From: Vicugna vicugna | Lineage: Eukaryota | Direction of reading: 5' to 3' | Assembly (NCBI GenBank): GCA_013265495.1 | Contig: MU063101.1 | Span: 4,574,276-4,638,275, forward strand | Length of the DNA stretch: 64,000 nucleotides | In this document: piece after piece, positions 12,060-24,079 of the stretch | Numbering within the stretch: position 1 is the stretch's first letter | How the letters are laid out: each line of letters opens with the position of its first letter | Translations under genes and position numbers: made by a program | The notes under the pieces: model-generated | Seen by the model: the letters and a program-made list of their open reading frames with translations, nothing else | Database searches by the model: none | What the model was told of the DNA's origin: nothing

Positions 12060-13140
12060 GCACTAACTCCCTTGGGATATCATACACGCTCATGGCTTTA
12101 AATACCATCTATAGTCTAGCAACTCCCAGCTTTCTATTTTCAGCTCAAACCTCTCCTCTGTAACCTGCTCTGCTCTACCTACTCAGCCTCTCCACCTAGA
12201 GTCCTAATTAGACATCTCACATACAGCGTGCCCACAAGCAAGCCCCAGTCTTCAACCCCAAAGCCTGTCCCTCCCACCACTCCCCCATCTCAGTTGATGG
12301 GGTCCCACCCTACCAACCACTCCCACCCAAAACCTTGGAGTTATCTGTTCTTTCTCTCTTTATCTAAGACCTCAAATCCAGTCCAGCAGTCCATCCAGAT
12401 GGCTGTAACTTCAAAGTGCATCTAGAATTTGACTACCCCTCCCCACCTCCACTGCTGCGACCCTGAACCAAGCCACAGTCCTCTCTACACCAGGACTGCA
12501 GAGTGCATAACTTCCACCTTTGGCACTCTGCAGAGGCTTCTCACTACAGCAACCTGAAGAGGCCTTTCCAAATCTCAGGTAGATCAAGTCCCTCCTCTGG
12601 TGAAGATGCTGTGACTGTGCCCCAGGCCCCACTGCGCTAGGGTGAAATCCACACTCCTTGGAATGGCCTTCCATGGCCTGCACGCTCTTAACTACTCTGG
12701 CCTTATCTCCTCCCGTCCTTCCCCATCACGGCTCCACTTCAGCACTGCCCTCCTTGCTGTTCTTTACCACACCCAGTACACTGTCACCTTAGGGCCACAT
12801 GAGGGCTGTCTGCCTTGCCTGGAACGCTCTTGTATTGCACACCTATTCCCCTCACCGAATTTAAGTCTCTGCTCAAATCTCACCTTTTTATTGAAGGCTA
12901 ACCTGACTGTGCCATTTAAAATGACAACCACCCTTCCACCTCTGACCACCTTTACTCTGCTCTACTTTTCCTTTTTCCACAGCACTGAGAACTAGCTGAC
13001 TTATTTAGCGGACAGGCTACTTTGTGTCTTCTCCATGAGGACAGTGGTCTTAGCTTATGGACATATCCCAGACATTTAGAACAGAGCCTGAAACACTGTA
13101 CATGCTCAATGGAATGTGTCAGGTAAGTGCACTGATTGAT
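12060..13140 (+). mobile_element. LINE-2 (L2a/b) 3' segment
   Basis: catggctttaaataccatcta, gacatctcacatacagc, tcttcaaccccaaagcctg, gtccagcagtccatc, tgcctggaacgctctt, tctctgctcaaatctcacc, gctcaatggaatg. Confidence 0.9.
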
Positions 13141-13476
13141 TCCACTTCGAGACTCTCTGTAGAAGTACTCCCATGATTAAATGTGAGACAGATTTACTGA
13201 GAATTTGGGATTGGCCAGATGGAAGCAATGCAAGGCCAAGGCAATAAGGCTGTCAAAAGCGATGCTGAAGTGACTACACGTAGGGTTATGGCTGAGCAAT
13301 TACAACATCAACAGTCACACAGTCTTTGCAGTTTGCAAAGGGAATCAGTAGCCCAGGAGAACAGGGTTGAGATGAGGAAATGCAGATTGTTAGGATGACA
13401 AATGTCACATGCAGAGAGGAGTGGAGGAACAGAGTGGGGTAGGGATGGGGGTTATGGTCAGAAAGGGCTATTTTCA

Positions 13477-13587
13477 GGGGAGGGTAGAGTTCAGTGGTAG
13501 AGTGCATGCATAGCATGCACAAGGTCCTGGGTTCAATCCCCCATACCTCTGTTTAAAAGAAAGAAAGAGAGAGAGAGAGAAAGAAAG
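13477..13587 (+). mobile_element. Camelid tRNA-derived SINE (Vic-1 type) with (GA/GAAA) tail and TSD
   Basis: ggggagggtagagttcagtggtagagtgcatgcatagcatgcacaaggtcctgggttcaatccc, with B box at 13531-13539. TSD agaaagggctattttca (13460-13476) vs agaaagggccatttca (13588-13603). Confidence 0.9.
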
Positions 13588-13629
13588 AGAAAGGGCCATT
13601 TCAATCAATTAAAAAACACGAACAAATGA

Positions 13630-14210
13630 AAATAGTCAATAAACCTGACTAATAAATACATCAAGGGAAGTTCTAAAAATATTTTGAATTGTCAGTGAAA
13701 GGTCATATAATGAGAATTGAGTATATTCAGAAAATAAAACATAAACATCTCATATTATGTGGAAAGTTCACCTTGAATGGTGATCCAAACATGTTGATTA
13801 AAACAAAAATAAAATACTGCATTTATACATAATCAAAGTAAATACTTGAAAAATACAATGGCTCGGGGGCTGTAGTAAGACAAACATCCTCTTGCTCAAG
13901 GTAGAATATAGATTGGAAAATCCTTTCAAAAGGAAATGTACAAAATGAATCAAGACCATTAAAGCATTCATATGTTTAGGCCAGGAATCTGTGCCAAGAA
14001 AAAAATCAGAAATGTGGGCAGAGATTTATGTATGAAGATTCAGCATAATGGAAAACTTAAAAATATATATATATATTATAGTGATTATATAAATTATGGC
14101 ATTTCTATGGAGAAGAATTTTATGCAACCATCAGTAATTACAGGGGACCTAGAAATGCTGGCCACTTTATTCCTGGGTCAGGATGGGGATCTGGAACTAT
14201 CTGGTTAGCT
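13630..14210 (+). mobile_element. Old L1 (L1ME-type) fragments
   Basis: ttggaaaatccttttcaaaagg, aggaatctgtgccaagaaaaaaatcagaaatgtgggcagagatttatgtatgaagattc. Confidence 0.6.
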
Positions 14211-14520
14211 GCACTAGTAACTACTGTAGCAAGACAGGAGAATCACAATAGTTAACACGTACACACATTTGGCAACCCTCACACAGCCAGGGGGAACCAA
14301 GTCAGGAGGGTAGAAACAGAACCAGAAGTGAATGGGGCAAGATATGTGGCCTGGGATTCTGTGCTTCAGACAAGACTCGCTTTTTCTAAATGCTTTCACC
14401 GTCTCTCTCCCCCTAAGACCTTCGCTTTTTGTAGTTGGGCCTCATTACTCTCAAGTAGACTGCAATCAGAATCCATAACTTTAAATCATGTCTAACTCTG
14501 TGAATCCCCAACATAAAGAC

Positions 14521-14730
14521 TGTCATGCGCTGAATGTCTGTGTCTCTCAAATTCAGGTGTGAAGCTCTAACCCCGTGTAACTATAATCAAGATGGGGCCT
14601 TTAAGGAGGTGGTTGAAGTTAAATGAGGTCGTAAGGGAGGAGCCCTGATCCCACAGAACCTTGATCTTGAACTTTGCAGCCTGCAGAGCTGTGAGAAAAT
14701 AAATTTCTATGGTTTAAGTCCCCTAGTCTC
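14521..14730 (+). mobile_element. MaLR LTR (MLT1A/B-like), internally deleted
   Basis: tgtcatgcgctgaatgtctgtgtctctcaaattc...ggggcctttaaggaggtggttgaagttaaatgaggtcgtaaggg...ctgtgagaaaataaatttctatggtttaag. Confidence 0.85.
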
Positions 14731-14894
14731 TAGTTGATTAATACAAAGTTCTAAAGCACACAGGCCTTCTCTCTGGACTTGATTTTTCAATATGAACTCA
14801 GCTTCTCCAAAGTTACATTATGACATTCAAACACAGGTCTGTGGAAATCCAAAGCTAAGATTGGGTTGAAAGAGAAATACAACCTTAGAAATAA

Positions 14895-15000
14895 GAAAAC
14901 CCAGCTACGCTCACTGTGTGGCCTTGAGCAAGTTGTTCAAGCCCTCTGAGCCTCAATTTCCCCCTCTGCAAAATGGACAATCATCTCTCACTCACGGGAG
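14895..15000 (+). mobile_element. MIR SINE core
   Basis: ctgtgtggccttgagcaagttgttcaagccctctgagcctcaatttccccctctgcaaaatgg. Confidence 0.85.
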
Positions 15001-15394
15001 GTAAGGTATGTGAGGAATCCTAAGTGTACCCCCGCTCAGGCAGAGGGATGGGACGACGCCCCTGAGTAGCCTCTCTTGGGTCTCCACCACCTTGGATCTG
15101 GTCAGAGTTGGAATATACAATGTGGACTAAACTCAAGCCAGCTCTACCGTTCTCACAGACTCCACATGTGAACACGAGTGGCCACACATAAGAGCTTTCG
15201 GATGGTTCTAGAAGCCTATGGCTTCGCGCACATCAGACCCTCCGCAAATACTCCCTTCCCCTCTGTTCCTGCCTCACCACACCTCCCAGGTGTCAGGGAC
15301 CTCAAAAATGAGCGTAATTAGGGGCCAGGATGCACCCAAGGAAGAGGAGGAGGAGAGGCAGCCACCATACAGTGAGCCAGCACGGGGATGCCAA

Positions 15395-15590
15395 ACGTTC
15401 CTCGCATTCTCTCACTCATGCTTTACGGCCAGGAGATGGGGAAGATGCCATCAGACTCAACACACCGACGAGGAAACCAGATGCCAGAAAAGAGAAGTGA
15501 CTTGGCCCCAGGCCCACAGTCCCTGATGACTGGGCGGATGCGCGCACACAGGTCGGCCCTGGCACCAAACCCCAGGCCCTTCACCCAGCA
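15395..15590 (-). mobile_element. MIR SINE (degraded)
   Basis: gacgaggaaaccagatgccagaaaagagaagtgacttggcccaggcccacag. Confidence 0.6.
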
Positions 15591-18093
15591 TCTTGTGAAT
15601 GTACAGGAGTCTGGCCTGGTTTTTTGCCTTCTGTGCAGCTCCCTGTTACAGAATCAGCCAGAAAGGGACAAAACCCCAGGATATTTTATCCTGCAGTCGC
15701 ACTCACCGGGTTTAGATCCCGAAGGAAAATATTTGCTGAGTGATACGGAGACACAGGGAGAAGGGACGGCTGGGAGTGAACTTGGAGATGGAGGCAGGGA
15801 TTCTGAGGCTGCATCCGCTAGCAATGTCTGTGAGATCAGACCAAGCGCCGGCCCCTCTCTGGGGCACAGTGTCCCCTTCTGCAACCTGGGGGTGGGGGGG
15901 TGGCTGAATAAGGAACACACAAGCCCCCACCTTGAATATTTTGTCGCTGGCTCTGTTTTCTAGACATATGGAGCTGAGATCTTTGGAACCTGCTTTTTCC
16001 CGATGACCGACTCGGGTCACACGGCCATCGGTCCACATGGCCAAAACAACAGCAGCACCGGGCTTTCTTCGGAAAGCTGAATGGAGACCCGGCCAAATGC
16101 AGTCGCCAGTGAAGAGAACCACTTAGTCCAAAGGCAGATTCATTCGCAAACGGAAAATCACATTCCGCAAGTTCCTGGAGGGGAGGAGGCGGAGGAAGCC
16201 ACAGCTTCCAATAAGGACTTCATTCCAGAAATCCCACAGGGCGGCCTGGCCAGTGCCCGGGCTGATAAAGAGAGGACTATTCCGGTTAGGAGGACCCAGT
16301 CCTGGGGGAGAGGTGGGTGGGGGACGAGGCGAGGGCTCTTTCCAAGAGAAGCTGAATCCAGCTCTTTAAACGAGAATAATGACTCTTCCGTTTCCAGGGT
16401 CATGACTTGAACCTGGTGAAGACGTGGGCCCTGCCAAAAACCTGTCGGTATTCAGTTTGCTTTCAATTGGAAAATGGCAGAGAAACAGGGGGAGCAGAAC
16501 TTTATTAGAGCCTGGAGTTCACACCAGGATGTGGGTCTGTCAGTGTCCCCGCCGCCAACCCAGGGAAACAGTGGCCCTGCCTCAGAAACCCACAGTTCAG
16601 AGTCAGGGGACACCAAGGCTAATTCCATCAGTGAATTTCCATATTTAAAAAAAAATGCTTTTTCATTTTCAATTTAAAAAAGTAAATCATAAGCAATTCC
16701 TCTACGTTTGCATCGCTCCCTCCTCCAAGCTCCCCACCTGTGCCCTGCACCCTGAGCCCTGCGGGCCCATGAATGTGACTTCTACGTGTGTCCTTGCAGC
16801 CCTGCACACACCACACTGCATGGCCGTGTCTTCATGTGTCTGCTTCCTCCTCTTTTACCAGCCCCCCAGCCTTCCTTATTCTCTCCCTCCCTGTCGAACA
16901 CCAGACAAAAGACGACACAATAGGAAAACCACGAGCTCTGAAGTCAAGCAGAGCTGGTTCTGGCCCCAACGCACGGTCAATAACTCTGGGCCAAACGGGT
17001 TTACGTCTCTGCGACTTTCCTGATAGGTCAGATGGAGTGAGGAGGGCTTCCTCACAGGCTCCTCCTGTTGACAGCGTGAGACAGTGCATGTGAAGATGCT
17101 AACACAGAACCAGCGTGACCTGATCTCCTCTTTCTCCCTCTCCAGGTGCAGAACTAGCCACTGTCCCTCCCCCAAGGAATCGTGCTTCATCAGAAGGTCA
17201 GGGTCCAGAGGGAGGCACACAGAGAGCTCATCATGAGGGGAGAGCTTCTGCCCCGGTTCTGGTGGCTTTGGGGCAGTTCCAGGAAGAGGCAAAAACCCAG
17301 AACTTGGTTTTAAATGATAATTAGAAATACATCTGGAGAAGAAGGGATGATGGTCCCAAGGTGAAAAAAAGAGACAATATGACAAAACATAAGAGAACAG
17401 GATGCATGTGGGGGCCCTGAAGGTGTGTGTGGAGGGAGAGGAGTTCGGATACGGTCAGGGATAAATGCCCCTCCTACCTTGATAGCTGGCCTAGAGCAGG
17501 TGCTCAAAAATACTGATGCTATTAAAAAATGAACTAAAAAGGCATCATTTGGTTTGCTTAAAGCCTTCTAATCCATTACTCTGGCCAAACTAAAAACAAT
17601 AATAATAATAATACATAAAGAGAAAATAGAGGAAAGGTGCACAGAAAAAGGGATTAGATGGAGAAAAATAATTATATACAATGAGGGGCACTTCACCCAC
17701 TCCATTCCTTTACAGGGACATGAATTCACTATCACAAACCATGCAGGGAAAATTAAGCAACACGAGAAGGAAGGATTCTGTCAATGCTGTTGTGCAACGA
17801 GCAGATAGTAGATGCAGAAAGACTCAAAAGTATACACACATAATGAGAGAAAGAACATAACATTCCGCCTCCCAGATGACCACTGTTCCCAGGCCTGGTG
17901 TGAACCTGCTGGACTTTCCCTCTATACAGACACACGCCTAGGCATCGCACGCACGTACAGGGGTGTGTGCACACACACGCACACGGGCATAAGTACCCCA
18001 GTCCCTGGCAGATCTGACTCCGGAATTGTAGCAAGGTTAGAGGACCCCTGGGGCAGAGACTGCCACCCACCGATATCCATGAAATGCCCAAAA

Positions 18094-18306
18094 CAGAGGC
18101 CAACAGAACTTTTTCTGTAAAAGGTCAGAGAGGAAATGGTTTAGGCTTTGTGGGCCAGAAGGTATCTCTCGCAACTACTCACCTCTGCTGTTGTTGCTTG
18201 ACTGTGTACGAAACACATGGACGTGGTCTTATTCCAATAAACCTTTATTGACAAACCAGGAAGTGGGCAGGATTCAGCCTGAGGGCTGTAATTTAACCGC
18301 CTTTGA
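18094..18306 (+). mobile_element. MER58A hAT-Charlie MITE
   Basis: aactttttctgtaaaaggtcagagaggaaatggtttaggctttgtgggcca...tattccaataaacctttattgacaaaccagg. Confidence 0.9.
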
Positions 18307-19754
18307 TTTAGAACCTACCACAACCTGAAAAGGCTCTGAAGGGTGAGAGACTCAAGTGCACCCCCACTGAAAGGCAAACTTCATTTTCAGGGATGAGTGC
18401 TGCTCTATTTGAACGGAAGTTTCTGCTTTAATGTGCACCCTCTGATTAAAACAAGGACTACAGATCATTAGATCAAGGGAAATTCCCCTTTCTCCCCAAA
18501 CAGGTGTCCTGAGATGGCCAAATTCATCCCAGTTTTCCAGCTCCCCTTTCAGAGAGATGGAGCCAGAACAGAAGTTGCTCAGACATGTCAAGGAAACGTA
18601 GTTAAGTGGGGTGAGGGTGGCGCTCCACTCATGTAACTTACCCCAGATCACACGCAATCAGCAGATGATTTATTAAAAGCTACAAGATAAACAGTGATAA
18701 AGTCTTGAAATAGAGAAGCCTGTGACATGTGCACAGGAGGAGAGAATCAGAATGATTAATAGGAAAGGCGACAGGCTGCAGACACAGAAAACCTTCTCCA
18801 CCTGCGGGGAGGATCCTGGAGGAAGCCTTTCCAGGCTGCAAACAGCCTTCCCAACTACGGTAATAAAACACACTTCTAATAACAAAAGCCGTTTCAGATC
18901 GCTTTTTCCCACAGGTTTTGAGACATGATTCATGAGTCCTTCTGCCGTGAGCTTGTGCAGTCAACTCTCACGAGGCTTCTTCAAGACTCTGCTTCTGCCC
19001 CCTGAACCTTAGTGACCAGGCGCGTCTTCACCGCTGCCACGGGGCCGGGAGGTCCTGCCAGGAGGACGCACACCTCTGGTCACCCTCTCTCCCTGGCTGA
19101 GCCGGGCCTTTCAGGGATCAGCGCCTGCACTTAACTCAGTGTTCCGCTCAGCTGCTCGCTCCAACCTTGCCCTTTCTCGCGGCTTCTGTAGAGATTGGAG
19201 ATGTCTTCTGGGAATTTTAGATTACACTCCAATTCCACCTTCCTCTCTTCTTCTTGTGATTCTTTTTCTCCTGCACACCCGGCCTGGTCCTTCTCCCCAC
19301 CTCCCACCAGCAAGCACACACTCACCCACACTCCCTACAGAAACACAGCCTGCGTGTGCCTGGCCCCGTGCTAGGTCCTGGAAGGAGAGAGGTCAGTAAG
19401 ACCTAGTCCGCATAATAGCTTGTGGCCTATTGGGTGAGACAGATATGGAAACAAAACATTCAACATAATACAATGAATGTTGTCATCAGGGAACGTGAGG
19501 AATATTCAAGAAAAGCAAACACATGCACAAACAAATGTAACAGCAAGAAGCCTGCAGGGACACATTTCAAGTCCGTAACAGCGGGTGCCCCCACCACCTC
19601 ATTCCAAAAACAGATGTGGGGCTCGGGACCAGGTGAGGAAGGCTGTCAAAGACCATCTGAGCCTTAGATTTAATATCTGAGTTTTTAATGGAATATATTT
19701 AGTGATATGACTTCTGTGACCATACAATTTAATTTAAGTGCTCTAGGGCAATAG

Positions 19755-19812
19755 GGCCAGGACTAGAGTGAAATGAATGAGGCACCTAGGGCACAAAACT
19801 CAGGAGGTGTTC
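19755..19812 (+). mobile_element. MER91-like hAT-Tip100 MITE fragment
   Basis: agggccaggactagagtgaaatgaatgaggcacctagggcacaaaact. Confidence 0.6.
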
Positions 19813-19859
19813 CCTCTTGAAGAGGTACAGGTGTTGGGTGGACTGGAGAAGAGGGAGGG

Positions 19860-19965
19860 GAGGCGTGGGGGCTTCGGAAAGACTTCAGGACAGAGTGGCA
19901 TTTGAGCTGGACCTTGAAGAGTGGGTCTTTTCCCTGAGGGAAGAGAGGGTGGCAGGGAAGCATGA
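19860..19965 (-). mobile_element. L2 fragment
   Basis: ggaaagacttcaggacagagtggcatttgagctggaccttgaaga. Confidence 0.7.
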
Positions 19966-20334
19966 TGGAGGATGATGAGTAATCATGAATGTCCCAAACA
20001 GAGAATGAAGAATGTGAAGGAAACCACCCCCTCAACACTACCCCCACATACACACACATGCACATCTTACAGCTAGTAAAGCCTTTCCATTATAGGGTCA
20101 ATTTCCATGGCTCATCAACAGTATTAAGATTAGACCGATGGACTGGCAGCTCCAGCCTCACGGTTCTGGTCCAGATGCCCTTATGAAGCTCACCATCACT
20201 GCTTTACTTCACTCCTCTAAATGCTGTCTATTTCCATTATCCCGGGTGCCACTGTCTCTTCCTCCTTTATCCCCCTCCTTGAGTTCCTTCCTGCCGTGTA
20301 TCTTCTGACAGGGCTCAGTCATGTGATAAAGGTC

Positions 20335-20555
20335 TGTAAGAATGCCAGATATGGTTCCCAGTGTCTCACATATATTACCTCATCTACGTTCCACAGCAAC
20401 CTGACCCGTAGGTATGGTTATTATCCCCATTTTACAGATAAGGCGTCTTCAGATCAAAGCTTAACTAACTTACTCAGAACACAAAGGAAATAAATAACTA
20501 TGTCAGGCGTCAAACCCACGAGGCCTATGGCTGATGCTGTGTTAATTACTGCACA
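20335..20555 (-). mobile_element. MIR SINE
   Basis: cacagcaacctgacccgtaggtatggttattatccccattttacagataagg. Confidence 0.85.
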
Positions 20556-21317
20556 GCCTGCTGGTGTGAATTACCGGGGGACTCCTGCAGGGAAACATGA
20601 GGAGGTCAATTCAACAGAGAAGGCCCAGTCTGGGGTTTGGGGTGTCTAAACACATAGTCAGTTCTATACGTTGCAGGTGGGCATGAACAGCTCAGAGACA
20701 TAAGTGTTATGGAGGGGCACTGCAGCCCAAGGGCAGCGTCAGGTGAGCTGTAGGAAAATTACTCTGAGGTGGCTAAGGCTGAATGCTTACCCAACGTCCT
20801 TCCTCGGGATCAAACTAGAGGACTTTACCTGCAGTCTGTTTCTGGTCTCAGGCAATTCCTGGTTACTGGGGGCTCTTTGCTCGTCAGATAGTGTGGGAAG
20901 TGGTTCTGCATTCATGTTATAGAGGGCTAGTTATCAGGGTTTCATTTATCAAAAAGCCACTAATGGGGCATTCAGAGAAGGAAGAGAGGAATGAAAGTCA
21001 ACTGAAGCCCAAGAATCAATTGACACCTGTGAGCCTCTGGGAACAGTTCTCCAAAAACAGACCACAGCTGTCAGCAAATGATGGCTTGGCCATCTAGCAA
21101 TGCGGAAAGTTGCTTTCCTTGGGCCACCCCTGAATATGCTCTGCGCCTGCAGAGGCATGAGATTTCCACCAAGAGAAGTGGGAACTGTCCGACCCAAATC
21201 CCAAAGATGGACCATGGGGTCCCCGTGACGGTCAGCAGGGAGACCTGGTACCTGGAGCAGGATGATTGGGCCCTGAAACCAGGGGACACACGCGGGCCTC
21301 TGGCAATGACAAGGGCA

Positions 21318-21337
21318 ACATCGCCATCTGGTGGCTC
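21318..21337 (-). promoter_or_regulatory. Candidate CTCF binding site
   Basis: Minus strand reads GAGCCACCAGATGGCGATG, which matches the core CCASYAGRKGGCR at all 13 positions (21322-21334), in non-repeat DNA. Confidence 0.6.
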
Positions 21338-21839
21338 CATGGGAAATGAGCTACATCCTTGCCCATTGTCTCAGGCAGGCCAAACTTAGGCACAAAGAAA
21401 CTCATTAGGAGCATCTGGGGGAAAAAAGGTCAACCATGTCTTTACTGACAGCATGGGAGGCAAAATGTGGCCCAGCCCCAGGCTGCCTGATCCGTGGCAA
21501 AGAGGAGAGAGATGGTGATGTAAAAGGTGTCGAGGGTGAAAGGCATCCCACCAAATGTGGACGCTCCTGAGGGCAGAAGAACATTCCTCACTCAGCACAT
21601 GAGGGCCTGCTCCTGATGCAAGCCCCTAAGGTCCCTTCTGACACCAAAGGGGGACAAGACAGAGGTTACAATATCATGCACAGGGCAGAGAAAATAACCT
21701 GGTGATATTGGTGACAGTGGTAGCATATCTAAAGCATTTAAAGGTCTGCCAGGCATGCTTCAATCATTAATGAATAATTAATAATAAATAAACCAATACT
21801 TAATAATAATGAATAATTAGACAATAGTTTTAAACTAAC

Positions 21840-21980
21840 CCCCACAGAAAGCCCATAGGAAGCAAAATGCTGTTACTAGCTCCAATTCACAGATGAATAA
21901 ACTGAGTCGCTCAGAGACAGAGATGGAGAATAGGCTAGGTCACACAAGTAGCAAGGGACAGAGCCAGAATTTTAAACGTC
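21840..21980 (-). mobile_element. MIR SINE
   Basis: ccaattcacagatgaataaactgagtcgctcagaga...aggtcacacaagtagcaagggacagagccagaattttaaac. Confidence 0.75.
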
Positions 21981-22019
21981 TCACCCTTTTAACAATGACC
22001 CCTGATGTTTGCCCCATGG

Positions 22020-22170
22020 TGGTACAGAGACCACTTGCTTTGGACATACCTGGAGTGCATATTAAAACATAGAATCTCTGACCACATTCCACAGATATAC
22101 TGAATTCTACACAGGGAGTGAGGACTGGCACATTAACATGTTTCCCAGGTGATGGGATAACCAGACACTA
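22020..22170. mobile_element. MER5-type hAT MITE
   Basis: acctggagtgcatattaaaacatagaatctctgaccacattccacagatatactgaattc...aacatgtttcccaggtgat. Confidence 0.7.
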
Positions 22171-22171
22171 A

Positions 22172-22546
22172 GTGCCATGCATTGAGTTGTATCTCCCTTA
22201 AAATTCATCTTGTAGTCCTAACCCTCAAAGTGATGGTGTCAGAGCTGGGGCCTCGGGGAGATGGTTAGGTTTAGATGAGGTCATGAGGATGGGGCCCCTA
22301 CGATAGAATTAGTGCCTTCATAAGAGGAGGAAGAAACATTAGAGCTTCCTCTCTCTGCCATGAAAGGACACAGCAAGAAGACACCTGTCTGCAGGCCAGG
22401 AAGACAGCCCTCCCCATGAACCAAGAACCCCACCCTGCTAGCACCATGGTTTTGGACTTCCATCTCTCAGAACTGTGGGAAAGTAAATTTCCACATTTCA
22501 GGCCACTCACTCTATGATATTTTGTTACGGCAGCCTGAGCTAACAC
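22172..22546 (+). mobile_element. MaLR solo LTR (MLT1A-like), near full length
   Basis: tgccatgcattgagttgtatctcc...aggtttagatgaggtcatgaggatggggccc...gtaaatttccacatttcaggccactcactctatgatattttgttacggcagcctgagctaacaca. Confidence 0.92.
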
Positions 22547-23819
22547 ACTAGGTTATACATCCCTGTACCAGCTCATGCAAGAAATTCAGTGGATGCCTGT
22601 TAGATTAAGGAAGGACAGGATACTCCACTGCTCTGTACCTCAGAAGAGATGCACTGAGGGCTTGCTTGTACAGTCTCCATGGTTTCACCTCTTTGCCAGC
22701 CTCCAGGTGATGCTTACTGGACTCTGCTTTGTTCAAAATCGAAAAAGAACGGGCCTCCTTCCTACAGCACTAAGGATTCATGGGGGACGCTTTTGGAAGC
22801 AGGTGTGATAACATGATGTGAATGTGGAGAAGTGACAGCAGTAATAGCACCTTCACTTCGTGGTGCTTCAGAATTCACAAGGCTCTCTGGCATACCTTAC
22901 TTCTTTAGATGGTTGAAATTGCCCTGTGAGGTCCAAGGCCAGATAATTATGATCTCAGTTGAACAGACGATAAAGCCGAGACCATCGGAATCACAGAGCC
23001 CTGCCTGTGGTCGCCTCCCTGACTACATGGAGAACTCAGACCAGCTGGAAGACGGAAGTAAGATGAACGAGCAGAAGAACTTGAGGTCACCAAGGAACGA
23101 AATCAGCGGGGTTGACAGCAGTTTATCTGTCAGGGTACTAGCTGCAAGGACACCAACCCAGATGATGACGAAAAGGCCTGAGTGAAAAGAGGACTTACAA
23201 GGCAGAAATGAGGGAACTAGCACAGAGAGGGGGTTCCCCTTGGGATTGGCAACAGGGCAAAAGCATCACCCCTCCTAAGATGAACGCAGCGACGGGAGGA
23301 GGAGAGAGGGTTACAGACTGAGGAGAGGGGCAGAAAGGAAAACAAACTTGCAACAAACAAGGGCTGCGAAGGAGGAGCCTGTGTTTGGAGAACAGTGTCT
23401 GCCCCAACCGCTCCTCTCTCCACTTGACTCGAGAAACAAGCCATCCGGTGGCCTTGGAAGGGACCACCTGACGGGGCCTGTTTCTCAACCTTGGTCACCC
23501 CGGGAGTGCACCCCGGGAGCTCAGTGTCCAGGGACCACGGCCAGATGCAGGAACTGCTCTGCTAGGCGGCTGGGCTGCCTGGACTTCCTTTGGCCCAGCC
23601 CACTCTGTGTGAAGCAGAGAATTCGGCGGCTGGGAAGTTGAGACAACACAGTATTTCTTTTCAGACTAATGAGACTTTTTCAACAGAGGCGGAAAAAAAA
23701 AAGCATATCCCTATTACTGAGGCTGTTTACTGCCTTACCCAACTCTCCCTGGTATATTCTTTCTAGTTATGCAGAGCTTTTGAAGACAAGGACACAATAT
23801 ATTTTAAGGACCTCTAAGA

Positions 23820-24037
23820 CAGGGTTTATCACTCTGAGCACTACTGACATTTGGGACCAGATAATTCTGTGTTGCGGGGCCGCCCTGTGCGCTGCAGGGT
23901 GTTTAGTAGCACCCTGACCTCCACCCGCTAGAGGCCAGCAGCACACCCCCACCACCCCAGTGTGACAGCCAAAAATGTCTCCCAGTGCCAACCATCGCCC
24001 GGAGGGTAAAGCATCCCCCTCCCCTTGAGAATGCCTG
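23820..24037 (+). mobile_element. MER20 hAT-Charlie MITE
   Basis: gcactactgacatttgggaccagataattctgtgttgcgggg...gtgtgacagccaaaaatgtctcccagtgcc. Confidence 0.92.
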
Positions 24038-24079
24038 TTCTAAGTGATCACAACTTGCTGGGCTAAATTCTCCCTTGAG

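Noticed and set aside
13477-13550. tRNA gene (also 31538-31610)
   Set aside because: A/B boxes are present, but the 5' GGGGAGGG head, tails and TSD identify tRNA-derived SINEs, and no complete acceptor stem is present.
15388-15963. 191-aa ORF
   Set aside because: It overlaps MIR-derived sequence and shows no recognisable domain or supporting splice structure.
22901-23223. Minus-strand hydrophobic peptide GLFVIIWVGVLAASTL...SEFSM after a good acceptor near 23178
   Set aside because: It stops after about 50 codons, its downstream part is MIR-derived, no family is recognised and no compatible upstream exon was found.
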